Shown: positions 8,777-17,579 of the stretch, one piece after another
Position numbering within the stretch: position 1 is the stretch's first letter
Layout of the letters: each line of letters opens with the position of its first letter
Source of the DNA: Acidobacteriota bacterium
GTDB taxonomy: Bacteria; Acidobacteriota; Thermoanaerobaculia; UBA5066
DNA length: 46,772 nt
Direction of reading: 5' to 3'
Assembly (NCBI GenBank): GCA_022711615.1
Contig: JAKLER010000002.1
Span: forward strand, 1 to 46,772
Made by a program: the position numbers and the translations under genes
The notes under the pieces: model-generated
What the model saw: only the letters and a program-made list of their open reading frames with translations
What the model was told of the DNA's origin: nothing
Database searches by the model: none

Positions 8777-10164
8777 GGCTCGTACTCCTTCGCCGCGTCG
8801 ACGGCGCGCATGAGCGCCCACGCCTTGCTCTCGCACTCGTCCGCCTCGGCCTCCGGGCGCGAGTCGGCGACGATGCCGGCGCCGGCCTGGACGTGGAGGA
8901 CGCCGTCCTTCACGACCGCCGTCCGGATGCCGATCGCCATGTCGAGGTGCCCCGCGAAGTCGAGGTAGCCGACCGCGCCGCCGTAGGCGCCGCGCCGCAC
9001 CGGCTCGAGCTCCTCGATGACCTCCATCGCCCGGATCTTCGGGGCGCCCGTGAGCGTCCCCGCCGGGAAGGTCGCGCCGAGGGCGTCGACCGCGTCCTTG
9101 CCTTCGGCGAGGCGTCCGGTGACGCGCGTCGCGAGGTGCATGACGTGCGAGAAGCGCTCGACGGTGAAGAAGTCGCGGACCTTCACCGTCCCCGGCGCGG
9201 CGACCCGGCCGAGGTCGTTCCGGCCCAGGTCGACGAGCATCACGTGCTCGGCTCGCTCCTTCTCGTCGGCGAGCAGCTCGCGCGCGAGGGCGAGGTCCTC
9301 CTCCGGGGTCGCGCCGCGCCGGCGCGTTCCGGCGAGCGGGATCGTCTCGACGTCGTCGTCCCCCGCGCGGACGAGCCTCTCCGGGGAGGCTCCGAAGATC
9401 ACGGCGTCGGGGGTCCGGAGGTAGTACTGGTAGGGCGACGGGCTGACGCGCCGCAGGGCGCGGTAGATCGAGAAGGGGTCCCCCTCGATCGGCGCCGACC
9501 AGCGGCGCGAGAGGACGACCTGGAAGACGTCGCCCGCGCGGATGTGCTCCTTCGCCCGCTCGACGCGGTCCACGTAGGCCTTCCGGGGGAGCGTCTCCTC
9601 CCACGGGCCCGCGAGGCGCGCGGGCCGCCCGCCGTGAGGCCGGCCGGCGTCGACGCGCGCGGCGAGCGTTGCGAGCCGGGTGCGGACGGCCGCCTCCTCG
9701 CCGGGCCGGGCGTTGCCGAGGAAGAGGAGACGATGCCTCACGTGGTCGAACGCGAGGACCGTCTCGAAGACCCCGAACCAGGCGTCCGGCAGGCCGACGA
9801 CGTCGGGGTTCGTCGACGGGAGGCGCTCGAGCCGCCGCACCGCGTCGTACCCGGCGAAGCCGACCGCCCCGCCGATGAACGGCGGCAGGTCGTCGCCGAA
9901 GCCGTCGGAGGCGGGGAGCGCGCGCGTCTCCGAGCGGACGACGCCGCGGAGGAGGGTGAACGGGTCGCCCTCGGCGCCGCTGAAGGAGCGCTCCGGGGCA
10001 GTCCCGAGGAACGACCAGCGTGCGACGCGCTCTCCGCCCTCGACCGACTCGAGGAGGAAGCAGGGCTCGTCGTCCGAGAGGAGCGTCCGCATCACGGCGA
10101 CCGGCGTCGTCAGGTCGGCCGGCCTCTCGAGGACGACGAGCGTCCGGGCTTCGTTCTTCGCCAT
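8773..10164 (-). CDS. trpE: anthranilate synthase component I
   Basis: 463 aa reading [11 protein letters not shown]...CFLLESVEGGE...FPAGTLTGAPKIRAMEVIEELE...RGAYGGAVGY. ATG at 10164 is preceded by GGAGGAG. Overlap with the hisF-IE stop is 1 nt (TGATG). Confidence 0.95.
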   Translation of the reverse strand: MAKNEARTLVVLERPADLTTPVAVMRTLLSDDEPCFLLESVEGGERVARWSFLGTAPERSFSGAEGDPFTLLRGVVRSETRALPASDGFGDDLPPFIGGAVGFAGYDAVRRLERLPSTNPDVVGLPDAWFGVFETVLAFDHVRHRLLFLGNARPGEEAAVRTRLATLAARVDAGRPHGGRPARLAGPWEETLPRKAYVDRVERAKEHIRAGDVFQVVLSRRWSAPIEGDPFSIYRALRRVSPSPYQYYLRTPDAVIFGASPERLVRAGDDDVETIPLAGTRRRGATPEEDLALARELLADEKERAEHVMLVDLGRNDLGRVAAPGTVKVRDFFTVERFSHVMHLATRVTGRLAEGKDAVDALGATFPAGTLTGAPKIRAMEVIEELEPVRRGAYGGAVGYLDFAGHLDMAIGIRTAVVKDGVLHVQAGAGIVADSRPEAEADECESKAWALMRAVDAAKEYEP

Positions 10165-11618
10165 CACTTCTCCTCCCGGCGCACCCCGCGCCGTGCCGCC
10201 AGCTCCGCCGCGACCGCCTCGGGGGAGAGCCCCCGGGCGGCCATCAGGACGACGACGTGATACATCAGGTCGGCGACTTCCGCCGCGAGTCCCGCGTCGT
10301 CGCGCGAGACCGCCGCGAGGGCCACCTCGACCCCCTCCTCCCCGACCTTCTGCGCGCACTTCCCGATCCCCTTCTCGAGAAGACGGTTCGTGTACGAGCC
10401 CGGCTCGGGACGCGCCTTCCGCGCCGCCACGACGTCGAAGAGGGGACCCAGGCCGAACGGGTCGGCGCCGGACGCCTCGGCGCTCGCGCCGTTCACCGTC
10501 GCGGGGAGGGCGACCCGCGCCGCCGCGTCCGACGGGATCGCCGATATCGGCGAGAAGCAGCTCGCGGCCCCGGTGTGGCAGGCCGGCCCCGATGGCTCGA
10601 CGTCGTAGAGGACGGCGTCGCGGTCGCAGTCGAGGAAGACGCGGACGACGCGCTGGACGTTCCCCGAGGTCTCCCCCTTCTTCCAGAGCGAGCGGCGCGA
10701 GCGGCTGAAGAGGTGCGTCTGCCGCGTCTCGACGGTGAGCGCGAGGGCCTCGTCGTTCGCCCAGGCGAGCGTCAGCACCTCGCCCGTGCCGGCGTTCCTC
10801 ACGACGACGGGGACGAGGCCGCGCTCGTCGTACGCGACCTCCTCGAGGCCCGCGGGGACCGCGGGGCGGACCGGGACGCCCGCCTTCGCCATCGCCCGCT
10901 TCACCATTCCGACGCTGAAGACCCGGTCGTGGAAGACCGACGCCGCGAGGACGGCGTCGGCGCCCCCCTCGAGGACCGCCGGCGCGAAGTGCGCGAGCTC
11001 CCCCGCGCCGCCCGACGCCACGATCGGAAGCGTCGTGGCCGCGCGGGCCGCCTTCAGCATCGCGACGTCGAAGCCCGCCTTCGTCCCGTCGGCGTCCATC
11101 GAGGTGAGGAGGATCTCCCCCGCCCCGCGGGCCGTCACCTCGGCGACCCAGGCGGGAAGCCCGATCTCGGTCAGCCTCCGCCCGCCGTGCGTCGAGACGA
11201 CGAAGCCCTCGCCCGCCCGCTTCGCGTCGACGGCGACGACGACGCACTGCGCGCCGAAGCGCTCCGCGAGGCGCGTCACGAGCGCGGGGTCGAGGACGGC
11301 CGCGGTGTTCACGGTAACGCGGTCGGCCCCCGCCGAGAGGAGCACGCCGGCGTCCTCGACGGAGCGGACGCCGCCGCCGACGGTGAAGGGGATCGCGAGG
11401 ACGTCGGCGACGCGGCGGACGAGGTCCACGAGCGTCCCGCGCCCCTCGTGCGAGGCGGCGACGTCGAGGAAGCAGAGCTCGTCGGCCCCCTCGGCCTCGT
11501 AGCGGCGCGCGGCCTCGACGGGGTCTCCCGCGTCGCGCAGGTTCTCGAACCTCAGCCCCTTGACGACGCGTCCTTCCGCCACGTCGAGGCACGGGATCAC
11601 CCTCGCGGCGAGGCTCAT
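10164..11618 (-). CDS. hisF-hisIE: trifunctional fusion: imidazole glycerol phosphate synthase cyclase subunit (HisF) + phosphoribosyl-AMP cyclohydrolase (HisI) + phosphoribosyl-ATP pyrophosphatase (HisE)
   Basis: 484 aa in one uninterrupted frame. Residues 1-245 are HisF (VIPCLDV..., TVGGGV..., ASGGAG...VF). Residues about 262-370 are HisI (LVPVVV...[10 protein letters not shown]...DCDRDAVLY...GPACHTG). The C-terminus is HisE (YTNRLLEKG...KVGEEGVE...[13 protein letters not shown]). There is no stop or start codon at the junction (10830-10885). The ATG at 11618 overlaps the hisA stop (ATGA). Confidence 0.88.
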   Translation of the reverse strand: MSLAARVIPCLDVAEGRVVKGLRFENLRDAGDPVEAARRYEAEGADELCFLDVAASHEGRGTLVDLVRRVADVLAIPFTVGGGVRSVEDAGVLLSAGADRVTVNTAAVLDPALVTRLAERFGAQCVVVAVDAKRAGEGFVVSTHGGRRLTEIGLPAWVAEVTARGAGEILLTSMDADGTKAGFDVAMLKAARAATTLPIVASGGAGELAHFAPAVLEGGADAVLAASVFHDRVFSVGMVKRAMAKAGVPVRPAVPAGLEEVAYDERGLVPVVVRNAGTGEVLTLAWANDEALALTVETRQTHLFSRSRRSLWKKGETSGNVQRVVRVFLDCDRDAVLYDVEPSGPACHTGAASCFSPISAIPSDAAARVALPATVNGASAEASGADPFGLGPLFDVVAARKARPEPGSYTNRLLEKGIGKCAQKVGEEGVEVALAAVSRDDAGLAAEVADLMYHVVVLMAARGLSPEAVAAELAARRGVRREEK

Positions 11619-12361
11619 CGCGTTCCCTCCCCGAGCGCGGCGCGGGCCGCAGCGAGCCGGGCGACCGTCGTCGCCCCGCCGTGCAGCGCCCGGCCGAAGA
11701 TCGCCCCCGCGGGGCCGCCCGCGAGGGCGGCGGCGACCGGGGCGAGGTCCTCCTCGCCGCGCATCCCGCCCGAGGCGAGGAGCTCGCCCGGGAAGTCGGC
11801 CCGGACCGCGGCGAGGAGGTCGAGGTTCGGGCCCGTCATCGCGCCGTCGCGCGCGACGTCGGTGACGAGGAGAGACCGGACCCCCTCCGCCGCGAGGCGG
11901 GCCGCGACCGTGGCCGCGTCTCCCGCCCCGGCGTCCTCCACCCAGCCGTGGACCGTCGGCCGCCCCTCCCGGCAGTCGAGGGCGACGACGAGGCGCTCGG
12001 CGAACTCGGCAAGGAGAGCTGCGAAGAGCGCCGGGTCGCGGAACGGGAGGCTCCCGAGGACGACGCGGGAGACGCCCGAGGCGAGCGCCGCCTCGACGCC
12101 CGCGCCGTCGCGCAGGCCGCCGCCGACCTCGACGGGGACGGTCGAGGCCGCGACGATCTCCGCGATCGAAGGAGCATTCGACCCCGTGCCGAAGGCGGCG
12201 TCGAGGTCGACGACGTGGATCCCGTCGGCCCCTTCCCTCGCGAAGCGGACGGCGACCTCGACGGCGCGCTCCGGGTAGACCGTCCTCTGCGACGGGTCGC
12301 CGTGGAGGAGGCGGACGACCTTCCCGCCCATCAGGTCGATCGCGGGCCAGAGGTCGATCAC
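11615..12361 (-). CDS. hisA: 1-(5-phosphoribosyl)-5-[(5-phosphoribosylamino)methylideneamino]imidazole-4-carboxamide isomerase
   Basis: 248 aa reading [18 protein letters not shown]...VVDLDAA...VEVGGGLR...GAIFGRAL. The GTG at 12361 overlaps the hisH stop (GTGA). Confidence 0.92.
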   Translation of the reverse strand: MIDLWPAIDLMGGKVVRLLHGDPSQRTVYPERAVEVAVRFAREGADGIHVVDLDAAFGTGSNAPSIAEIVAASTVPVEVGGGLRDGAGVEAALASGVSRVVLGSLPFRDPALFAALLAEFAERLVVALDCREGRPTVHGWVEDAGAGDAATVAARLAAEGVRSLLVTDVARDGAMTGPNLDLLAAVRADFPGELLASGGMRGEEDLAPVAAALAGGPAGAIFGRALHGGATTVARLAAARAALGEGTR

Positions 12362-12975
12362 GCGGCCTCCGCGAGGAAGTTCGCGAGGATCCGCCGCCCG
12401 GCGGCTGACGACTTCTCGGGGTGGAACTGGCAGCCCCAGACGTTGCCGCGGCGGGCCGCGGCGACGAAGCGGCCGCCGTGGTCGCAGAACGCCGCGACGT
12501 CGGCCGGGTCGGCCCCCTCGGGGCGGAACGAGTGGACGAAGTAGACGTACGTCCCGCGGGGCAGTCCCGCGAGGAGCGGCCCCTCCGCCGCGCCCTCGGT
12601 CTCGAGCCGGTTCCATCCGACGTGCGGGACGCGGACGCTCGAAGGGAAGGGGACGACGCGCCCCGGGAGGAGGCCGAGGCCCTCGGTCGTCCCGAACTCC
12701 TCGCTCGCCTCGAAGAGGAGCTGGAAGCCGAGGCAGAGGCCGAGGAGGCGCGCGCCATGGCCGACGGCGGCGCGGAGCCCTTCCTCGAGGCCCGACGACG
12801 CGAGCCGCGCACGGGCCGGGGCGAAGGCGCCGACGCCCGGGAGGACGACACGGGACGACTGCGCGACGAGGGCGGGGTCGGAGGTCGTCGCGACCTCCGC
12901 TCCGAGCCGCTCGAACGCCCGGCGGACCGAGCCGACGTTCCCGACGCCGGTGTCGAGGATCGCGACGCGCGTCAT
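12358..12975 (-). CDS. hisH: imidazole glycerol phosphate synthase, glutamine amidotransferase subunit
   Basis: 205-aa ORF reading [14 protein letters not shown]...LPGVGAF...GLCLGFQLL...VPHVGWN...FVHSF...QFHPEKS. Confidence 0.95.
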   Translation of the reverse strand: MTRVAILDTGVGNVGSVRRAFERLGAEVATTSDPALVAQSSRVVLPGVGAFAPARARLASSGLEEGLRAAVGHGARLLGLCLGFQLLFEASEEFGTTEGLGLLPGRVVPFPSSVRVPHVGWNRLETEGAAEGPLLAGLPRGTYVYFVHSFRPEGADPADVAAFCDHGGRFVAAARRGNVWGCQFHPEKSSAAGRRILANFLAEAA

Positions 12976-13568
12976 GCCGTGAGCGTCCCCTTCGTCGAGA
13001 GGACCGTCGCCTCTCCGAGCGCGACGGCCTGGCGCAGGGCGCGGGCCGTCGCCTTGAAGACGGCCTCTGCGGCGTGGTGGGCGTTCCGGCCGCGAATGAC
13101 GTCGACGTGGAGGTTCAGCTTCCCGCGGAACGCGACCGACTTCCAGAACTCCTCGACGAGGGCGAACGGGAACTCCTTCGTCACGAACTGGAGCTCCGGC
13201 GTCGAGGGGGCCTCGAAGACGACGTAGGGGCGCCCCGAGAGGTCGACGACGCTTCGGGCGAGGGCCTCGTCGAGAGGCACGTAAGAGTGCCCGAAGCGGG
13301 CGATCCCCAGGCGGTCGCCGAGCGCCCTGTCGAGCGCCTCGCCGAGAGCGAGGCCGACGTCCTCGACCGTGTGGTGCGCGTCGACGTGGACGTCTCCCGT
13401 CGCGTCCACGGCGAGGTCGAAGCGGGCGTGCTTCGCCACGGTCTCGAGCATGTGCGTCAGGAACCCGACCGGAGTCGAGACCCGCGCCTCGCCCATTCCG
13501 TCGACGTCGAGCGCGAGGGCGATCGACGTCTCCTTCGTCGTCCGGTTCACCTCGGCGGTGCGGCTCAC
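12972..13568 (-). CDS. hisB: imidazoleglycerol-phosphate dehydratase (monofunctional)
   Basis: 198 aa reading RTTKETSI...GFLTHMLE...DAHHTVEDVGLALG...GRNAHHAAEAVFKA. The GTG at 13568 overlaps the hisC stop. Confidence 0.93.
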   Translation of the reverse strand: MSRTAEVNRTTKETSIALALDVDGMGEARVSTPVGFLTHMLETVAKHARFDLAVDATGDVHVDAHHTVEDVGLALGEALDRALGDRLGIARFGHSYVPLDEALARSVVDLSGRPYVVFEAPSTPELQFVTKEFPFALVEEFWKSVAFRGKLNLHVDVIRGRNAHHAAEAVFKATARALRQAVALGEATVLSTKGTLTA

Positions 13569-14638
13569 AGGACCTCCTTCAGGGTCGCGAGGAAGAGGTC
13601 GTTCTCCTCCGGCGTCCCGATCGAGACGCGCAGCGCGCCCGGCGGGGCGGCCGACAGGTCGCGGACGAGGACCCCGCGGGCGCGAAGGCCGGCGTAGACG
13701 CGCGCGGCGTCTCCGCCCGGCGGGTCGAAGAAGAGGAAGTTCGCGCGCGACGGCGCGACTTTCGCGCCGAGCGCGCCAAGCGCCGCGGCGACCCGCTCGC
13801 GCTCCACGGCGATCGCCCGGCACCGGGCGCGAACCTCTTCGCGCCCCGCAAGGGCCGCGAGGGCGATCTCCTCGGCGCCGACGTCGACGCTGAAGGGGAG
13901 GATCGCCTTGCCGATCTCCTCCGCGACGTCGGGCCGGGCGGCCGCGTACCCGACGCGGAGCCCCGCCACGGAGTAGGCCTTCGACAGCGTCCGGAAGATC
14001 ACGAGGTTCGGAAGCTCGGGGAGGATCGGGAGGAGGTCGTCCGCCTCGTCGGCGAAGTCGACGTAGGCCTGGTCGACGAGGACGACGCCGGCGACCGCGC
14101 AGAGGCGACGGACGAAGTCGCGCGAGACGACGCCGCCCGTCGGGTTGTTCGGCGAGCAGAGGAGCGGGACGGTCCTCTCCCCCTTCGCAGCGGCAGCGAG
14201 GAAGGCCTCCTCGTCGAGGCGGAAATCGTCTCCGACGAGCGGGACGGTCGCGACCTTCGCCCCGACGATCGCCGCCATCTGGACGTAGAGCGAGAAGACG
14301 GGCGGGGCGAGGAGGAGCGTCCCGCCGCAGCCGGCGAAGACGGAGAGCGCGGCGAGGATCGCCTCCCCGGAGCCGTTCGAGGGGACGACCTGCTCCGGAG
14401 GGAGGCCAGCGTTCGCGGCGAGCGCGGCGCGCAGCCGGGGCGCCCCGACCTCCGGGTAGAGGGCAAAGCGCCGGGCGCCGAGCGCCGCGAGCGCGGCGGC
14501 CTTCGCTGGCGCCGGGACGTCGACGGGGCTCTCGTTGAAATCGAGCTTCGCGCGGACGTCCGCCTGGCCCGGCTCGAAGCGATAAGCGCGGAGGGCGCGG
14601 ATCTCGGGCCGCACGGCTGCGAGAGGGTCGCGGGTCAT
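13565..14638 (-). CDS. hisC: histidinol-phosphate aminotransferase
   Basis: 357-aa ORF with class-II aminotransferase features (LDFNESP...NGSGEAI...SPNNPTG...RTLSKAYSVAGLRVGY). The ATG overlaps the hisD stop (ATGA). Confidence 0.93.
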   Translation of the reverse strand: MTRDPLAAVRPEIRALRAYRFEPGQADVRAKLDFNESPVDVPAPAKAAALAALGARRFALYPEVGAPRLRAALAANAGLPPEQVVPSNGSGEAILAALSVFAGCGGTLLLAPPVFSLYVQMAAIVGAKVATVPLVGDDFRLDEEAFLAAAAKGERTVPLLCSPNNPTGGVVSRDFVRRLCAVAGVVLVDQAYVDFADEADDLLPILPELPNLVIFRTLSKAYSVAGLRVGYAAARPDVAEEIGKAILPFSVDVGAEEIALAALAGREEVRARCRAIAVERERVAAALGALGAKVAPSRANFLFFDPPGGDAARVYAGLRARGVLVRDLSAAPPGALRVSIGTPEENDLFLATLKEVL

Positions 14639-15957
14639 CGATCGGCCCTCCGAGCCTGCCCCCGTTCGGCGCGCGCTCTTCCGAGGGGGCTGCCGGCCCT
14701 CAGGTCGAGCGAGCGCGCGTGCGCCTCGAGCCCCTCGAAGCGCGCGAGCGTCGCCGCGGCGGGACCGAGGCGCCTCGCGGCGGCGGGCGGGACGGAGACG
14801 CTCCGTCCCCAGCGGAGGAAGTCGCGGACGGAGAGCCCCGAGAAGCTGCGTGCCGCGCCGCCCGTCGGCAGAACGTGGTTCGGGCCGGCGAGGTAGTCGC
14901 CGAAGGCGGTCGGCGTGCCGTCGCCGACGAAGACGGCGCCAGAGGTCGCGGCGAACCGGGCCGCGTACCCCTCGGCGGCCCGCCCCATCAGCTCGACGTG
15001 CTCGGCCGCGAGGGGGACTCCGGCACGGGCAGCCGCTTCGAGCGTCGGAAAGACGAGGGCGAAGCCGTTCGCCGCGAGAGAGGCCCTCGCCGTCCCGGCC
15101 GTCGGGAGCTCCCGAATCTGCCGCTCGACCTCCTTCGCCGTCGCGACGGCGAGGTCGCGCCGGTCGGTGAAGAGGAGGCAGACGGCGTCGGGGTCGTGCT
15201 CGGCCTGGGCGAGGAGGTCGGCCGCCACGAGCGCCGGGTCGGCACCCGTCGTCGCGAGGACGAGGACCTCGGACGGTCCCGCGGGCATGTCGACGGAGAC
15301 GACGCCGGAGACGAGGTGCTTGGCCGCGGCGACCCAGCGGTTCCCCGGGCCGACGACCTTCGTGCAGCCGGCGACGGAGGCGAGCCCGGCGATTCCGTGC
15401 GCGCCCCCCGCGAGGAGGACGGCGTCGACGCCGAGCTCCCCGAGCGCCCAGCGCAGCTCGCGGCTCCCGCGGAACGCGCGCGGCGGCGTCGCGACCACGA
15501 TCCGCTTCACGCCCGCAACGCGCGCCGGGACGACGCCCATCAGGAGCGACGACGGGTAGAACGCGCGCCCGCCCGGGACGTAGACGCCGACGGCCTCGTG
15601 CGGCACCGGCGTCTCGGCGAACGAGACGCCGAGGGCGTCGCGGAAGGCGAAGCCCTTCGGCAGCTGCCGGCGGTGATACGCCTCGAGCCTCCTCCGCGCG
15701 AGGCGGAAGGCCGCGGCGAACGCCGGATCGACCTCCTTCTCGCGGGCCGGACGGACGAGGAGCCCCTTCGCCGGGGTCGCCTCGCCGTCGAGGTCGCGGA
15801 CGAATCCGGCGAGCGCGGGCGCGCCGCCCGAGAGGACCGCCTCGACGATCGGCAGCGCCTCGCGGAGCGTCGCGAAGTCGGGCGCGGAGCGGCGGGCGGA
15901 GAGGCGCGCGAGGAGCGCCCTCCCCTCGCGTCCGTTCGCGGCGACGACCCTCAGCAC
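14635..15957 (-). CDS. hisD: histidinol dehydrogenase
   Basis: 440-aa ORF reading VGVYVPGG...YPSS...GPGNRWV...AGPSEVLV...LAQAEHD...GDY.AGPNHVLPT. The GTG start overlaps the hisZG stop by 7 nt. Confidence 0.93.
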   Translation of the reverse strand: MLRVVAANGREGRALLARLSARRSAPDFATLREALPIVEAVLSGGAPALAGFVRDLDGEATPAKGLLVRPAREKEVDPAFAAAFRLARRRLEAYHRRQLPKGFAFRDALGVSFAETPVPHEAVGVYVPGGRAFYPSSLLMGVVPARVAGVKRIVVATPPRAFRGSRELRWALGELGVDAVLLAGGAHGIAGLASVAGCTKVVGPGNRWVAAAKHLVSGVVSVDMPAGPSEVLVLATTGADPALVAADLLAQAEHDPDAVCLLFTDRRDLAVATAKEVERQIRELPTAGTARASLAANGFALVFPTLEAAARAGVPLAAEHVELMGRAAEGYAARFAATSGAVFVGDGTPTAFGDYLAGPNHVLPTGGAARSFSGLSVRDFLRWGRSVSVPPAAARRLGPAAATLARFEGLEAHARSLDLRAGSPLGRARAERGQARRADR

Positions 15958-17579
15958 GGACTCTCCACCTTCGCCGCGAGGCGCGAGACGAGCGAGGCGA
16001 CCTCGGCGCGGCGCTCGACGAGCGCCCGCGGCCCGACGACGAACGTCGCGCGGCTCGGAAGGATCGTCTCGATCTCGGCGAGGCCGTGCGCCGCCATCGT
16101 CGAGCCGGTCTCGATCAGGTCGACGACGACGTCGGCGAGCCGCAGCGCGACCGCGAGCTCGACGGAGCCGGCGAGCGGGACGACCTCGTGCGGGATCTTC
16201 CGGCCGTCGAAGAAGCGCGCCGCGAGCCTCCGGTACTTCGTCCCGACGCGGACGGGGTGCCCGTTCGGACGGAACTCCTCTCCCGCGCGCCCGATAAGCG
16301 AGAGGCGGCAGGCGCCGTACGGCAGCTCGAGCGGCTCGCAGACCTCCTCGCCCGACTCCCCGATCCGGTCGCTCCCGACGACGCCCGCGTCGGCGCCGCC
16401 GAACGCGACGTACGTAGGGACGTCGTCGTCCTTGAGGAGGAGGAGCTCGAAGCGGCCGCTCCGGTCGGGAAGGAGAAGCCGCCGGCCGTCCCCTTCGGGG
16501 AAGTCGACCCCCGCGGCCCGGAGGAGATCGAGCGTCTTCCCGAGGAGGCGCCCCTTCCCGGTCGCGATCCGGAACGGGCGGGGCGCGGCCGGCGCCTCCT
16601 CCGCCGCCTCCGCCGCCGAGGCGAGCGCCTCGAGGCCGACGCAGAAGCCTACGGCCGGGGCCGGCGGCCCGAAGCGGCCGAGGAGGCCGTCGTAGCGGCC
16701 GCCGGCGGCGAGGCTGCCGCCCCCTCCCGCCGCGTCGAGCGCGAACGTCAGGCCTGTGTAGTAGGGCGCGGCGGGGGTCCCGGCGAGATCGACGACGACC
16801 CCGAGCTCCGGCCGGTCCTCCCGCGCGGCCCGCGCGGCGGCCGCGAGGGAGCGCGCCGCCTCGGCGAGCACGGGGAGGCGGAAGAGAGCCGACTCCGGGT
16901 CGAACCCCGCGAGGAGGGCCGCGCCGACCTCGTCGGCCGCGGCCGGGGTCGCGCCCGCCGCCCGAAGCCTCTCGGAGAGCTTTCCGACGCGGCGCGCCCG
17001 GGCGTCGGCGAGGGCCGCGTCGAGCGTGCTCCGCTTGCGGGCGACGAGGCCCGGGGCGACGGCGGAGAGGAGCGCCGGCAGGAGCCCCGCCCAGCCGAGC
17101 GTCAGGACGAGGCGGGTCGCGGGAATCCCGTCCGCGGCGCCCAGGAGCGTCCGGAGCATCCGCAGGTCGGCTTCGAACGAGGGGTCGCCGTAGAGCTCGG
17201 CCCCGACCTGCGCGAACTCGCGAGGCCGGCCGACGCCGGACGGCTCGTCGCGGACGACGTCGCCGCGGTAGAAGAGCGCGACCGGCATCGGGAGCCCCGC
17301 GAGGCGCGGCGCGACGACGCGCGCCGCCATCGGGGTGAAGTCGGCGCGGAGGGCGAGGAGCTCTCCCCCGCGGTCGACGAAGCGGTAGAGCCGCTCGTCC
17401 CCCTCGGCCGTGACACCGTCGTACGGGGCGGAGAAGTCGAGGACCGGCAGGACCGTCTCGCGGAAACCGGCGTCGGCGAGGACGCGGACGACGGAGTCCT
17501 CGAGCCTTCGGCGGCGTTCGGCGGATTCGAAGAGGAGGGCCTGGACGCCCCGCGGCAGGTTCGGGGAGGGAACGCTCAT
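15951..17579 (-). CDS. hisZ-hisG: fusion of ATP phosphoribosyltransferase regulatory subunit (HisZ, HisRS paralog) and short-form catalytic subunit (HisG-S)
   Basis: 542 aa in one frame. Residues 1-320 are HisZ-like (GVQALLFESAERRR..LYRFVDRGGELLALRADFT...LFYRG.V.R...REF.Q.G.E.YG...GGRYD.L). An Ala/Glu/Pro linker follows (AEAAEEAPAAPRP, about 16574-16625). Then comes HisG-S (FRIATGKGRLLGKTLDLL...DDDVPTYVAFGGADAGVVGSD...CRLSL...VGTKY.RLA..FF...LAGSVELA...LADVVVDLIETGSTM). The ATG at 17579 overlaps the aroDE stop (ATGA). Confidence 0.88.
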   Translation of the reverse strand: MSVPSPNLPRGVQALLFESAERRRRLEDSVVRVLADAGFRETVLPVLDFSAPYDGVTAEGDERLYRFVDRGGELLALRADFTPMAARVVAPRLAGLPMPVALFYRGDVVRDEPSGVGRPREFAQVGAELYGDPSFEADLRMLRTLLGAADGIPATRLVLTLGWAGLLPALLSAVAPGLVARKRSTLDAALADARARRVGKLSERLRAAGATPAAADEVGAALLAGFDPESALFRLPVLAEAARSLAAAARAAREDRPELGVVVDLAGTPAAPYYTGLTFALDAAGGGGSLAAGGRYDGLLGRFGPPAPAVGFCVGLEALASAAEAAEEAPAAPRPFRIATGKGRLLGKTLDLLRAAGVDFPEGDGRRLLLPDRSGRFELLLLKDDDVPTYVAFGGADAGVVGSDRIGESGEEVCEPLELPYGACRLSLIGRAGEEFRPNGHPVRVGTKYRRLAARFFDGRKIPHEVVPLAGSVELAVALRLADVVVDLIETGSTMAAHGLAEIETILPSRATFVVGPRALVERRAEVASLVSRLAAKVESPC

